IMG/VR virus record: IMGVR_UViG_3300012933_000253 | Span: 4,187-68,186 of that record | DNA from: a virus | Lineage: Duplodnaviria > Caudoviricetes | Direction: 5' to 3' (one strand) | Length of the DNA: 64,000 nt | Program-made: the position numbers and the translations under genes | Shown: in pieces, positions 27,830-37,765 of the stretch | How the letters are laid out: each line of letters opens with the position of its first letter | How positions within the stretch are numbered: position 1 is the stretch's first letter | The notes under the pieces: model-generated | Told to the model about the DNA's origin: nothing | Seen by the model: the letters and a program-made list of their open reading frames with translations, nothing else | The model's database searches: none

Positions 27830-28680
27830 TGTTAGTTAGATACCGAACAGATAGTGGCACTACTATCAGTGATTTTAAAGCCGATTTAGATGGCATCATT
27901 CAAGGTACAATCACATCAGTTAACCAACTGAGTACAACTGCACGTACAAATAGTACTATCGTTGGGTCTTACCCCGCTGGAAAATATACCAGGGTCAATC
28001 AAACTTCATATACGTATAGTAAAGCCCATAATGAAGTTGCCGGGTATACTCATTATTTTAGATTGACGTTTGACTCAACTATGCTAACGACGGTTACTCT
28101 TGCTAGCGGATATACCTCAGGGACTGATACATTACTGAACTCAACTGCAACGTCCGTAAACATTCAAAACTTTGTGTACGATTCTGCGTACCCTGCAGCA
28201 TTTGACATTGTAATTACTGATAAATTTATATTCTTTTGCGCTCCCCAATCTAACGTATATTTAGGTCTTTTTGATTTAGGACACACTGGAATTACACGTG
28301 CATACACGAACAGTATGTTAATGGGAGTAGTCAACCTAAATAATACACTAAACAACAACGTTGCTAGTCCATTACCGTTGTATTGGACAACGACTGGGGT
28401 AACAGTACCTTATAGTTATAACATGGATACCTTGTCATACGGAACGTTGTCATCAGGGTTCTCTGCAAATATCCCGTTCAAGAGAATTAACAGCTCAGGA
28501 GCAGTTACTATTGTTGAGAACCCAGTATACACTGCCTGCTTCAATACATCGAATGACTCTAAACTTATTTACGGGATATATAAAACACCAACAAATGCCT
28601 TTAGTGGCATTCAAACCTACAAAGATTCATCTAATCTGTATAGATTAAACTTGTATGATTTTTCTTTACTAGTGGATTAA
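27829..28680 (+). CDS. Putative tip/receptor-binding protein
   Basis: 283 aa, T/S/Y-rich; same position in the module as 19833. Confidence 0.55.
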   Translation: MLVRYRTDSGTTISDFKADLDGIIQGTITSVNQLSTTARTNSTIVGSYPAGKYTRVNQTSYTYSKAHNEVAGYTHYFRLTFDSTMLTTVTLASGYTSGTDTLLNSTATSVNIQNFVYDSAYPAAFDIVITDKFIFFCAPQSNVYLGLFDLGHTGITRAYTNSMLMGVVNLNNTLNNNVASPLPLYWTTTGVTVPYSYNMDTLSYGTLSSGFSANIPFKRINSSGAVTIVENPVYTACFNTSNDSKLIYGIYKTPTNAFSGIQTYKDSSNLYRLNLYDFSLLVD

Positions 28681-28683
28681 CAA

Positions 28684-30075
28684 ATGATAGTAACCTTTAA
28701 CCCAATGATTAACACAGGCGCAGATGCAAATGCAGCCTACATGAATTTTTTACGATGCGTAACCGCAGCTTGCACAGCAGCAGCGGGCACCACTTCACTT
28801 ACAGTAAACCCCTTCACAAACAACACCGGAACAATTGACAATACGAAAAACTGCATTGTAAGCATTGATGCGAACACTGAAGCCGGCGGTTGGTCGACTA
28901 GTGCGAGTCACAATGTACCTAACACTGGTTCATTTACTGCAATCGCTAGTGCGGCGGCTTACTTATATAAAGCTGACTTCTACAATGCTTCAGGGAAAAG
29001 TGGAATGCCATACAATAAGATGTCAGTTCACTATTCAGGTAGAACAACCTCAAGTTATTTCTCATATCTAAGTTCATCTTATGCATACTCTTTAGTTATT
29101 AGCAATTTTACAATAATGCCGTCTCTGGAATTTACTTACGGTTCAAGTACTACTACTGATTGGACCGGAACCACTTACCCGCCGCAAGGCGCTGCAACGA
29201 TGGCAAATTCAGGAACACAGACAACCTCATGGACGCTCAATACGTTTCAGCATAACTACACCTCCTCAGCTGGACGAGCCCAGTACCCTGCTTTCATTGT
29301 AAACAATACCAGTGTAACATATAAAATAGCTGTAACCGCAAATTATTGCATCATTTGGGAAGTACCTAATACAAATAGTTACGCTTCTGGTTATAACGGA
29401 GTTTGCGGGGCAAATGGATTTCCGATTGCAAGCAGTCTCGCCGCCGGGACATTTGGTACAATGATTTATATGGGTCAACGAGAAACACAACCTTGGGAAA
29501 ATGCATTATCAAATAATCCACCTTGGGTCGCATTTCAAGTGCAACACATTAACAATAGGAATACTCCTGCCCCAACTGCACCGCAGGGCGCAAATATGAT
29601 TGCAGCCTATATGGTAACAAAAAATAATTTAGGAGTCACTGCTGCTTCACCTTCCATATTCTATTCAAGTGATACAACTTCTGGTGCAAGTGCATTATTT
29701 CAATCAGAACGGACATTCATTTCCAACACACAGTCAATCACTGGCTTTGCATTAGTCAATACCGGTATCGATGTTCCATTATATAATATGCGAGATATAA
29801 CCGCACTAAACGCACCGACTAACTTACTTCAATTACCTAGCACTGATCCTACTACCGGTGCATTGGTTCCGCCGGCATTCCCGATAATGGTTAGAAAAAC
29901 AACAAATGATGCATGGACTCCGGGCGGCGCTATTCGAGGTTTGTATAAGAGTCTATCTGCACCTATAGCGACTATGAAGTTATATTTCAGTGACGGTCAA
30001 ACTTTTACAGTAGGATCGGACACATACATGCCGGTAGTCTTCAATGAAACTATGTATTTGGTGAGGGTGGCATAA
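28684..30075 (+). CDS. Putative tip/receptor-binding protein
   Basis: 463 aa, T/S/A/N-rich; C-terminus DGQTFTVGSDTYMPV resembles the PGD.F.Y..K.Y end of 19833/21089. Confidence 0.55.
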   Translation: MIVTFNPMINTGADANAAYMNFLRCVTAACTAAAGTTSLTVNPFTNNTGTIDNTKNCIVSIDANTEAGGWSTSASHNVPNTGSFTAIASAAAYLYKADFYNASGKSGMPYNKMSVHYSGRTTSSYFSYLSSSYAYSLVISNFTIMPSLEFTYGSSTTTDWTGTTYPPQGAATMANSGTQTTSWTLNTFQHNYTSSAGRAQYPAFIVNNTSVTYKIAVTANYCIIWEVPNTNSYASGYNGVCGANGFPIASSLAAGTFGTMIYMGQRETQPWENALSNNPPWVAFQVQHINNRNTPAPTAPQGANMIAAYMVTKNNLGVTAASPSIFYSSDTTSGASALFQSERTFISNTQSITGFALVNTGIDVPLYNMRDITALNAPTNLLQLPSTDPTTGALVPPAFPIMVRKTTNDAWTPGGAIRGLYKSLSAPIATMKLYFSDGQTFTVGSDTYMPVVFNETMYLVRVA

Positions 30076-30076
30076 C

Positions 30077-30289
30077 ATGGCTGAGATTGCTATCGCATTA
30101 TCAGGTAATGGTGCATCAGTAAATATTTCTACGATTGTCCCACTTGATTCTATAAGTAATAAGAAGAAAGAACCATTGTTCTTTCCAGTAATAACAAAAG
30201 CAACAGTACCTTTTGCAGGATATTCAGAAATCCAACAACCACCAACAACTTCGGGTCCAGTAAATACAACTTACTGGATAACAGGATAA
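30077..30289 (+). CDS. Small hypothetical protein ending class D module 2
   Basis: 70 aa, tightly packed after 28684; ends TTYWITG. Confidence 0.6.
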   Translation: MAEIAIALSGNGASVNISTIVPLDSISNKKKEPLFFPVITKATVPFAGYSEIQQPPTTSGPVNTTYWITG

Positions 30290-30308
30290 TTTAAACAAGG
30301 AGAATGAA

Positions 30309-30668
30309 ATGTCACATTTCGCACAAATAGATGAAAACAATATCGTAACAAACGTTATCGTAGCAGAACAAGATTTTATTGATTCTGGGGCAGTGGGTGA
30401 TCCATCTGAATGGGTTCAAACAAGTTATAACACACAAGGTGGCGTACACAAATTAGGTGGCACACCATTGCGTAAGAACTACGCAGGTATCGGTTATACT
30501 TACGATTCAAGTCGTGATGCGTTTATTCCACCTTGCCCATACGCAAGCTGGGTGTTAAACGAAGACACGTGTACACACGAAGCACCTGTTGCAATGCCAG
30601 ACGACGGCAAATTGTACAACTGGGACGAAGCAACTGCGGCTTGGATCGAAGTAGTATTACCAGAGTAA
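30309..30668 (+). CDS. Tail-fibre-associated small protein (putative assembly chaperone), paralog of 51136
   Basis: MSHFAQIDENNIV..VIVA.QDFI.SGAVG...W......Y.GIGYTYD...D.F.PP...SW....W pattern shared with 51136; SD AAGGAG. Confidence 0.7.
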   Translation: MSHFAQIDENNIVTNVIVAEQDFIDSGAVGDPSEWVQTSYNTQGGVHKLGGTPLRKNYAGIGYTYDSSRDAFIPPCPYASWVLNEDTCTHEAPVAMPDDGKLYNWDEATAAWIEVVLPE

Positions 30669-30672
30669 TCAA

Positions 30673-31023
30673 ATGACCACTAAAGTAAACGACTATAATA
30701 TTGAAACTGACACTATTGTAACTGTCGGTACATTAACTAGCCTAGAGATTGCAGGTAGTCTCCATGCTGGAAGTGCAAATCTAGGTAATTTAGTGGTCGG
30801 GAATTATTTTCAAGGTGATGGAAGTTTACTAACGAATATAACAGTAGGGACACTACCAAACCTTACCGTTACGGGAAACGTTGAATTAAGTGCATTGAGC
30901 AACATTCATATCACCGGCGGCACTAATGGACAGTATATTAAAACAGATGGTTCAGGAAATCTAAGTTTCGCTACAGTAACAGTCCCTGAATCATTAAGCC
31001 CATTCTTATTGATGGGAGCGTAA
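30673..31023 (+). CDS. Short fibre carrier, class B module 1
   Basis: Fibre motifs NLGN...NYFQGDGS and ITGG.NGQY.KTDGSGNLSF; hydrophobic end SPFLLMGA. Confidence 0.72.
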   Translation: MTTKVNDYNIETDTIVTVGTLTSLEIAGSLHAGSANLGNLVVGNYFQGDGSLLTNITVGTLPNLTVTGNVELSALSNIHITGGTNGQYIKTDGSGNLSFATVTVPESLSPFLLMGA

Positions 31024-31032
31024 GGAAATATC

Positions 31033-31362
31033 ATGGCAATCACATATAAAGTGTTAGGTCAATCTAACCCAGCGGCAACAACTGCAACTTCATTATACAC
31101 AGTACCATCTGCGACTAGTGCAGTTTGTTCTACTGTTACAATTTGTAATCAAGCTAGTACAGCTGGATCATTTAGAATCGCAGTTAGACCTGCAGGAGCA
31201 ACGTTATCTCCGGAACACTATGTTGCTTATGATACAAGCATTCCTGCGAATGATGTATTGACTATGACGATAGGTATCACATTAGCTACAACGGATGTAA
31301 TTACTGTGTATGCAAGTTCGGCAAACTTGAGTTTTAACTTATTTGGTTCAGAGATAGCATAA
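31033..31362 (+). CDS. 109-aa adaptor protein, class B module 1
   Basis: MAITYKVLGQSNPAATT.T.LYTVP...; near-identical architecture to 32672; TAATG-coupled to the tip gene. Confidence 0.75.
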   Translation: MAITYKVLGQSNPAATTATSLYTVPSATSAVCSTVTICNQASTAGSFRIAVRPAGATLSPEHYVAYDTSIPANDVLTMTIGITLATTDVITVYASSANLSFNLFGSEIA

Positions 31363-32291
31363 TGGCTTTTAAGCGTGCCTCAACTAGTTCAATTAAAGTA
31401 GAATCAGCAACTGTGGCAGTTACAGGTACAGGCGGAGCAGCTCCAGCTCCAACTGCTCATCAAACGGCATTTGATTATGTAGTGTATGCAGGTGGCGGAG
31501 GTGGCGGAAATTGGATTTCTGCATACGGCGCAGGCGGAGGAGGCGCAGGTGGTTACTTGACAGGTAGCTCATCGTCATCGACTGAGCTATCAGTAACAAT
31601 AGGAGCTGGCGGGTCTGCTGCAACTGCCGGCGGAAATACTAGTATAACAGGATCAGGATTCACATCAGTCATTGCGATAGGTGGAGGATTTGGAGGAACA
31701 GGAACCACAACCTCAAGTCAGGGAATGGGCGGAAACGGTGGCTCAGGCGGCGGCTCTGCAAGAAATGCAACAGCTGGTCAAGGTACATCTGGACAGGGAA
31801 ATAACGGCGGCTCAGGAGTCTTTAGCTCTGGTTCAGGTGGTGGCGGGTTCTCTGCGGGCGGTTCCAATTGCACTATTAACTTTATCGCAGGCAGGGGAGG
31901 CGCTGGGACAAGTACCGACTTGTTTCAATCAACAGTGCCGATAAACATATGTGCAGGTGGCGGTGGCGGCGGTGGCGGCTCGACTAGTCTTGGTGCAATC
32001 GGTGGCGAAATCGGTGGAGGCGGTGGTGCCTATGGAAGCTCAAGTGGTAACCTTCCGTCAACACCGGGTAGAGCAAATACGGGTTGCGGTGGCGGTGGTG
32101 CTGGATATTATAGTAACACCGGCAGCCAGGGTGGTTCTGGCCTAGTATGTATTAGAGTTTTAGTGGCAACGGCATCCACTGCGTTCATACCACCTACAGC
32201 AACAGGCACATACTACATGACTTCTGTTAAATCGGGATCGGACACGTATAATATCTACACGTTCACTGGTTCCGGTACAATAACCTTATAA
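31362..32291 (+). CDS. Glycine-rich adhesin tip, class B module 1
   Basis: YVVYAGGGGGG...GGSGLVCIR glycine-rich domain; ends YTFTGSGTITL. Confidence 0.75.
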   Translation: MAFKRASTSSIKVESATVAVTGTGGAAPAPTAHQTAFDYVVYAGGGGGGNWISAYGAGGGGAGGYLTGSSSSSTELSVTIGAGGSAATAGGNTSITGSGFTSVIAIGGGFGGTGTTTSSQGMGGNGGSGGGSARNATAGQGTSGQGNNGGSGVFSSGSGGGGFSAGGSNCTINFIAGRGGAGTSTDLFQSTVPINICAGGGGGGGGSTSLGAIGGEIGGGGGAYGSSSGNLPSTPGRANTGCGGGGAGYYSNTGSQGGSGLVCIRVLVATASTAFIPPTATGTYYMTSVKSGSDTYNIYTFTGSGTITL

Positions 32292-32294
32292 ATA
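32287..32294 (+). promoter_or_regulatory. Perfect T4 late promoter TATAAATA, leaderless class
   Basis: Overlaps the stop of the 31362 gene; 4 nt to ATG 32299; no SD. Confidence 0.65.
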
Positions 32295-32298
32295 CACT

Positions 32299-32670
32299 AT
32301 GACCACTAAAGCATCCCCTCTACTAATCGACACTGGCAATATTACTAGTGTTGGTACTTTAACTAGCTTAACTGTTAGTGGCACAATCACTGGTAATCTC
32401 AGTGGCACGGCAACAACTGCAACAACTGCAATGTCAGCTACTACATCGGGAACAGTTACAACTGCTGCTCAACCTAACATTACTAGTACGGGAACATTGA
32501 CCGAACTAACAGTATCTGGTGTATCTACTATGGGTGCAGTGAGTAACGTCAAAATTACAGGTGGCTCGACTGGTCAATTATTATCTACTGACGGAACTGG
32601 CAACTTGTCATTCACTACAGTTAGTGTACCGGAATCCGCCCCACACCCATTCTTGTTTTTAGGAATTTAA
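32299..32670 (+). CDS. Short fibre carrier, class B module 2
   Basis: NITSVGTL and AQPNITSTGTL repeats; hydrophobic end HPFLFLGI. Confidence 0.72.
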   Translation: MTTKASPLLIDTGNITSVGTLTSLTVSGTITGNLSGTATTATTAMSATTSGTVTTAAQPNITSTGTLTELTVSGVSTMGAVSNVKITGGSTGQLLSTDGTGNLSFTTVSVPESAPHPFLFLGI

Positions 32671-32671
32671 C

Positions 32672-33001
32672 ATGGCAACAGTTTACAAAGTATTGGGTCA
32701 ACAAAACCCATCGGCTAATACAGCAACAACATTATATACGGTTCCCGCAGGTACTAGTGCTATCGCTAGTACATTGAACGTGTGTAATCTATCAAGTGCA
32801 AACGTTGCATTTAGAGTAGCAGTTCGCCCGGCAGGTGCTACATTAGCAAACGTTCACTATATTACATATGATACCACATTACCAGCTAATGATAGTATTG
32901 GTATGACAATAGGCATAACATTAGCAACTACTGATATAGTCACTGTTCAAGCTAACAGTGCTACGGTAACTTTCAGCTTGTTTGGCACGGAGCTAAGTTA
33001 A
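32672..33001 (+). CDS. 109-aa adaptor protein, class B module 2
   Basis: MATVYKVLGQQNPSANT.T.LYTVP; paralog of 31033; TAATG-coupled. Confidence 0.75.
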   Translation: MATVYKVLGQQNPSANTATTLYTVPAGTSAIASTLNVCNLSSANVAFRVAVRPAGATLANVHYITYDTTLPANDSIGMTIGITLATTDIVTVQANSATVTFSLFGTELS

Positions 33002-34779
33002 TGGGTTACGGACGTACTGGCGCACAGGTATTAACTGCATCTACTACAAACCCATCCACTAGCGGCGGTAGCCCAAGTAATATTGTAGCTGATTTGTTAG
33101 TTGTTGCAGGTGGTGGCGGCGCATCTTCTGCGGGCGGCTCAGGCGGTCAAGTTTTGTATAGTCCTACAACTCAACTAGCAGTGGGAACATATACTATCAC
33201 AATTGGCGGGGGAGGTGGGGGCGCTACCGGCGGCGGCTCATTGGGCAGCAACACTACATTTATAGGCAATGGACTGAATCTTATTACTATCGGAGGTGGC
33301 GGCGGACAATTTACTTACTCTATGAATAATAACGGGGCATATGGCGGCGGCGCTGGCGTTGGCGGCTCAGTGTCGGTTCCGGGTGCCGGAAGTATTTCGT
33401 ATCAAGGCGGTAGTAGTGGAACAAACGCTGCAGGCGGTGGCGGCGGCGCCGGTGGCAACGGTGGTACTGCTTCAGGAGGAGGCGGCGCTGGCGGCATCGG
33501 TGTTGCAAATTCAATACTAGGAACTTCATATTACTGGGGTGGCGGCGGCGCTGGTGGCGTAACTACTGCTGGTTATGGTAACGGCGGCACCGGAGGTAAT
33601 GGTGGCGGCGGCGGTGGAAGCTCAAATAACGGCACGGGTGGCGCAGGCGGCGCTGGTTTAAATGCAGGTGGCGCCGGTGGCACAGGCAGTGGTAATAGCG
33701 GTGGCGCATCAGGCGGCGCAAATACAGGCGGCGGTGGCGGTGGCATTTCTGGCTCAGGCGGCTCTGGTATTGTAGTTATTAGAGTAGCAATTTCTTTCCC
33801 TCTAGCAATCACCACAGGTTCTCCTTCTATTACAGTTGCGAATGGATACAGAGTTTACCAATTCAATTCATCCGGAACAATACAATTTACTGCATTAACA
33901 TCAACATCTTTCATTGCAGCTACTGGCGGAACAATCACAACTTCAGGTAATTATAGAATACATGCTTTCTATGGTTCCGGAACGTTCATACCTACTTATA
34001 TCCCTGCAGGAGCTACATTTGATATCTTAATGGTAGCCGGCGGTGGCGGAGGCTCTACGTACGGATACAATTATCCATTTGGCGGCGGAGCAGGTGGACT
34101 ACAGCAATTCCCCAATTTCATGTTAGGAGTAGGTACGTATACTATCACAATAGGTGCCGGAGGCTCAGGTTGCTCATCTAATACTAGTAAATCTCTCCCC
34201 GGGAGTAACACCTCTATAGTAGGTAGCTCATACAGTCTGTATTGTCAAGGCGGTGGCGCCGGATGGTGGCATCAGTCAGGGGTAATTTCAACCACCGCAG
34301 GTGGAAGTGGAGGCGGTGTGCGTTCTAATGAACAATTTGGTACTAGCATGTCTCCTGTAGTATTCTCATCACAATATGTATCAGGTCAGGGAAATGCCGG
34401 GGGAACAAAATCCGGAACAGGTGGTACAAGTGGACCCGGCGGTGGCGGTGCAGGAGGAGTAGGGGAATCAGTTACTACTGGAACTGCGGGAGGAGCCGGC
34501 GGCATCGGAATTCAAAATAGTTATTTAGGAACAACTTATTATTTCGCAGGTGGCGGCGGCGGTAGCGGTGACTCTACATCAGGTGCTGGAGGTAATGGCG
34601 GCGGCGGCGGCGCATATAGTGGCGGCGCTGGTGGTGCCGGACTAAATGCAGGTACAACTAATTCAGGTACTACTGGCGGCTCCGGTGGCGCAAATACAGG
34701 TGGTGGTGGTGGCTCGGGATTCTTAAACGGCGGCTCAGGCGGCTCTGGTATCGTAGTAATCCGCTATCTGTATCAGTAA
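33001..34779 (+). CDS. Glycine-rich adhesin tip with two glycine-rich domains, class B module 2
   Basis: Two (L/M)V(V)AGGGG...GGSGIVVIR domains joined by a TITTSGNYRIHAF.GSGTF strand. Confidence 0.78.
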   Translation: MGYGRTGAQVLTASTTNPSTSGGSPSNIVADLLVVAGGGGASSAGGSGGQVLYSPTTQLAVGTYTITIGGGGGGATGGGSLGSNTTFIGNGLNLITIGGGGGQFTYSMNNNGAYGGGAGVGGSVSVPGAGSISYQGGSSGTNAAGGGGGAGGNGGTASGGGGAGGIGVANSILGTSYYWGGGGAGGVTTAGYGNGGTGGNGGGGGGSSNNGTGGAGGAGLNAGGAGGTGSGNSGGASGGANTGGGGGGISGSGGSGIVVIRVAISFPLAITTGSPSITVANGYRVYQFNSSGTIQFTALTSTSFIAATGGTITTSGNYRIHAFYGSGTFIPTYIPAGATFDILMVAGGGGGSTYGYNYPFGGGAGGLQQFPNFMLGVGTYTITIGAGGSGCSSNTSKSLPGSNTSIVGSSYSLYCQGGGAGWWHQSGVISTTAGGSGGGVRSNEQFGTSMSPVVFSSQYVSGQGNAGGTKSGTGGTSGPGGGGAGGVGESVTTGTAGGAGGIGIQNSYLGTTYYFAGGGGGSGDSTSGAGGNGGGGGAYSGGAGGAGLNAGTTNSGTTGGSGGANTGGGGGSGFLNGGSGGSGIVVIRYLYQ

Positions 34780-34789
34780 TCCAAAAGAC

Positions 34790-34795
34790 TAAATA
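34790..34795 (+). promoter_or_regulatory. Late promoter motif (TAAATA) heading class A module 1
   Basis: acTAAATA; SD TAAGG; ATG 34814. Confidence 0.55.
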
Positions 34796-34813
34796 CATGA
34801 TAAGGTTTTTATT

Positions 34814-37759
34814 ATGGCATTGACACGATTACCCAGTTTTACATTATTAAGCACAGATAGCTATACCTTCGGTAATGCCAATGTTACCGGGAATGTCTCC
34901 GCTGGTAACCTAAAAACTGACAATCTACAGTACGCAAACGGCGATCCGTATGTATTCACTACAGATGCGTCCGGAACTAATACTCAGATTCAGTTCAACG
35001 ACAGCAATAGCTTTGCAGGGTCAGCTAACTTAACATTTGACAAAACAACAAAAACATTAAGTGTTGACAATATACTAGTTTTAAGTAATGTCGCATCTGG
35101 GAATATACTAACAGATAACATTCTATATGCGAACGGTGTAGCATATTCTTTCGCTACGGAAGCACAGGGAAATCTAGCCGACTCAGCAGTACAACCTAGT
35201 GACAATGTATCTGTTTTAACAAACGATGCAGGTTACTTAGTCGCAGCTAACTTGACCGGATACGCAACAGAAACATTTGTAGGTACTGAGATTGCAAACT
35301 TAGTCGCATCAGCGCCATCTGCATTAGATACACTTAACGAACTAGCAAACGCATTAGGTAATGACGCTAGTTTCTCAACTTCCATTACTAATAGTCTAGC
35401 TAACAAATTAAGCACAAGCGACTTTACTAGTTCAGCAAATACTGCAATTGACAATCGAGTAACCAAATCATTTGTTGATAATTTAGCAGTAGTTGCAAAC
35501 GTTGCTAACGTTGCATACTCGGTATCAGCATCAAATATTTCAGGAACAATTAACTTAGCAAACTACGCAACTACTGCTAACAGTGTAGCAGGAGCGAATG
35601 TTTCGGGTGAAGTAAGTTACGCCGCAGTAGCTAATAGTGTTGCCGTAGCTAATGTTACTGGCATAGGCAATATCGCTACGATTAACAAAGACGGTAACGC
35701 CAGCAACATCTTATACGGTAACGGTGTCTTTGCTAGTGCACCAGAGGCAGGTTCTGATTACGGAGACAGTAACGTTGTCACGTTGCTAACAAGTTTTGGA
35801 TCTAATGTAATTACTACTACTGGAAATATTTCCGGTGGATATATTCTAGGTAACGGAAGTCAATTAACTGGATTACCTGCAGGGTATACTGACTCAGATG
35901 CAAACTCTGCAATTGATGCAAGAGTAACAAAATCGTTTGTCGATAACTTAGCCGTTGATGCAAACATTGCAAATCTCGCATATGAAGTAGCAGTAGCAAA
36001 CGTAACTGGTATAGGTAATATTGCAACAATTAGTTTAGATGGGAATGCAAGCAATATTCTGTATGGCAACGGATCTTTCGCCGCAGCCCCGACTGCAGGT
36101 AGTGGAAGTTTATCTGCATTATCAGATGTAACCTTAGCAAATTTAACAAACGGTGACGTACTAAGTTACGACTCTGCTAACAGTGTTTGGATTAATACTG
36201 TTTCAACTGGCGGTACAGGTTCAGCGAGTTCACCGTATGTGACACGCACGTACACAGGTGATGGTGCCAATACTGCATTCACTGTGTCATCAGGCGCAAC
36301 TACTAATAGCGTTATTGTAACTCTTAGTGGTATCGTGCAAACACCTACTACTGATTACTCAGTATCTAGCACCACTCTTACATTCACAACTGCACCACCT
36401 GACGGTATTGCAATTCAAATACGTGAGATTGGCATTCCTATGTCATCCGGTAGTAACACTCAGTTACTATTCAATGACGCCGGATCAATTGGTGGAACAG
36501 CTAACTTAACATTCAACAAGTCAAATGGCATGTTAACTGCTGCAAAGTTAACTACTACTTCTGCTAATTTAGGTTCTGCTGCCAACTTAAAAATCACCGG
36601 TGGTAACGTAGGTGACTTGCTTGCTACAGTAGGCAATGGAGTACTTGCTTGGGCTAACGTGGCAGCAAATGGTAACGTTATTATTAACACTACTGGCGGC
36701 GGCGGAGGTGCAAGCGTAACAGTAGATACAACCCCACCTGAATCTCCGTCGGAAGGTGATTTGTGGTTAGATAGTGAAACAGGTGACTTAAACGTTTACT
36801 TCAGTGATGCGTGGGTTTCAGTTACTGCAAGTGCTGGGCAATTAGACATTCAAGTGAACAACTTCACTGGTGACGGGATACAATCTGAATTTACATTAAC
36901 TGTTACCCCGGCTGGAACAAACTACACAATAGTAACAGTTGGCGGTGTAGTACAACCGAGAAACTATTATAGCATTACTGGAAGTACCTTAGAGTTTGGC
37001 ACTGCCCCTCCTGCAAATACTCCGGTAGAAATATCAATCTTTGGCGGAAGTGCAAGCCCAATCGGATTAGCATCGTCAGTAACTAACTCAGCTCAGCCTA
37101 ACATTACATCAGTTGGCACACTGTTGAGTTTAACTAGTTCAGGCAACATAACTGCAAATTACTTTATTGGTAACGGCAGTACCCTATCAGCCATCACTGG
37201 AGCAAACGTAACTGGGTTTGTAGCAAATGCAAACGTAGCAAACACTGCGTTTTCAGTAAGTGCGAGTAATATTTCAGGAACTATTGCGTCCGCAACAACT
37301 GCTGGTACTGTAACTACAGCCTCCCAACCAAATATCACAAGTACTGGCACATTAACTAGTTTGACTGTATCAGGCAACGCAACATTTAATAGCTGGTCTA
37401 CGTTTCAACAATGTAGTGAAGTTATCAATACTAAGACCGGAGCAACAGGAACTGTTGCACATGATATGAGCACAGGTGCAACATTCTATCATTCAAGTCC
37501 GGCAGCTAACTTCACTGCCAACTTTACAAACGTTTCAACCACAGATTCACGTGCAATAGTAGCAGCATTAGTTATTGTACAAGGTGCAACGCCCTATGTC
37601 CCTACCGCAGTTCAAATTGACGGAGCTGCACAAACTATCAAATGGTTAGGTAGTACAGCACCCACTGGAACTGCAAGCAAGACAGACGTAGTATCATTTA
37701 CATTGATGAGAGTAAGTAGTACTTGGGGCGTCTATGGTCAATATTCAAGTTATGGATAA
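34814..37759 (+). CDS. Long tail fibre carrier with class A C-terminal domain
   Basis: Shares its N-terminal block and a 110-aa block with 24638; two FTGDG domains; C-terminus HDMSTGATFYHSSPAANFTANFTNV...QIDG...IKWLG..P.G...K.D..SF..R...W.V. Confidence 0.82.
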   Translation: MALTRLPSFTLLSTDSYTFGNANVTGNVSAGNLKTDNLQYANGDPYVFTTDASGTNTQIQFNDSNSFAGSANLTFDKTTKTLSVDNILVLSNVASGNILTDNILYANGVAYSFATEAQGNLADSAVQPSDNVSVLTNDAGYLVAANLTGYATETFVGTEIANLVASAPSALDTLNELANALGNDASFSTSITNSLANKLSTSDFTSSANTAIDNRVTKSFVDNLAVVANVANVAYSVSASNISGTINLANYATTANSVAGANVSGEVSYAAVANSVAVANVTGIGNIATINKDGNASNILYGNGVFASAPEAGSDYGDSNVVTLLTSFGSNVITTTGNISGGYILGNGSQLTGLPAGYTDSDANSAIDARVTKSFVDNLAVDANIANLAYEVAVANVTGIGNIATISLDGNASNILYGNGSFAAAPTAGSGSLSALSDVTLANLTNGDVLSYDSANSVWINTVSTGGTGSASSPYVTRTYTGDGANTAFTVSSGATTNSVIVTLSGIVQTPTTDYSVSSTTLTFTTAPPDGIAIQIREIGIPMSSGSNTQLLFNDAGSIGGTANLTFNKSNGMLTAAKLTTTSANLGSAANLKITGGNVGDLLATVGNGVLAWANVAANGNVIINTTGGGGGASVTVDTTPPESPSEGDLWLDSETGDLNVYFSDAWVSVTASAGQLDIQVNNFTGDGIQSEFTLTVTPAGTNYTIVTVGGVVQPRNYYSITGSTLEFGTAPPANTPVEISIFGGSASPIGLASSVTNSAQPNITSVGTLLSLTSSGNITANYFIGNGSTLSAITGANVTGFVANANVANTAFSVSASNISGTIASATTAGTVTTASQPNITSTGTLTSLTVSGNATFNSWSTFQQCSEVINTKTGATGTVAHDMSTGATFYHSSPAANFTANFTNVSTTDSRAIVAALVIVQGATPYVPTAVQIDGAAQTIKWLGSTAPTGTASKTDVVSFTLMRVSSTWGVYGQYSSYG
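35160..35490 (+). repeat. Dispersed repeat copy 2 (partner at ~25480-25810)
   Basis: QG.LADSA.QP.DNVS.L.NDAGYLVA.NLTGYATETFVGTEIANLVASAP.ALDTLNELANALGNDASFSTSITNSLANKLSTSDFTSSANTAIDNRVTKSFVD in both genes. Confidence 0.85.
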
Positions 37760-37765
37760 TCATCT

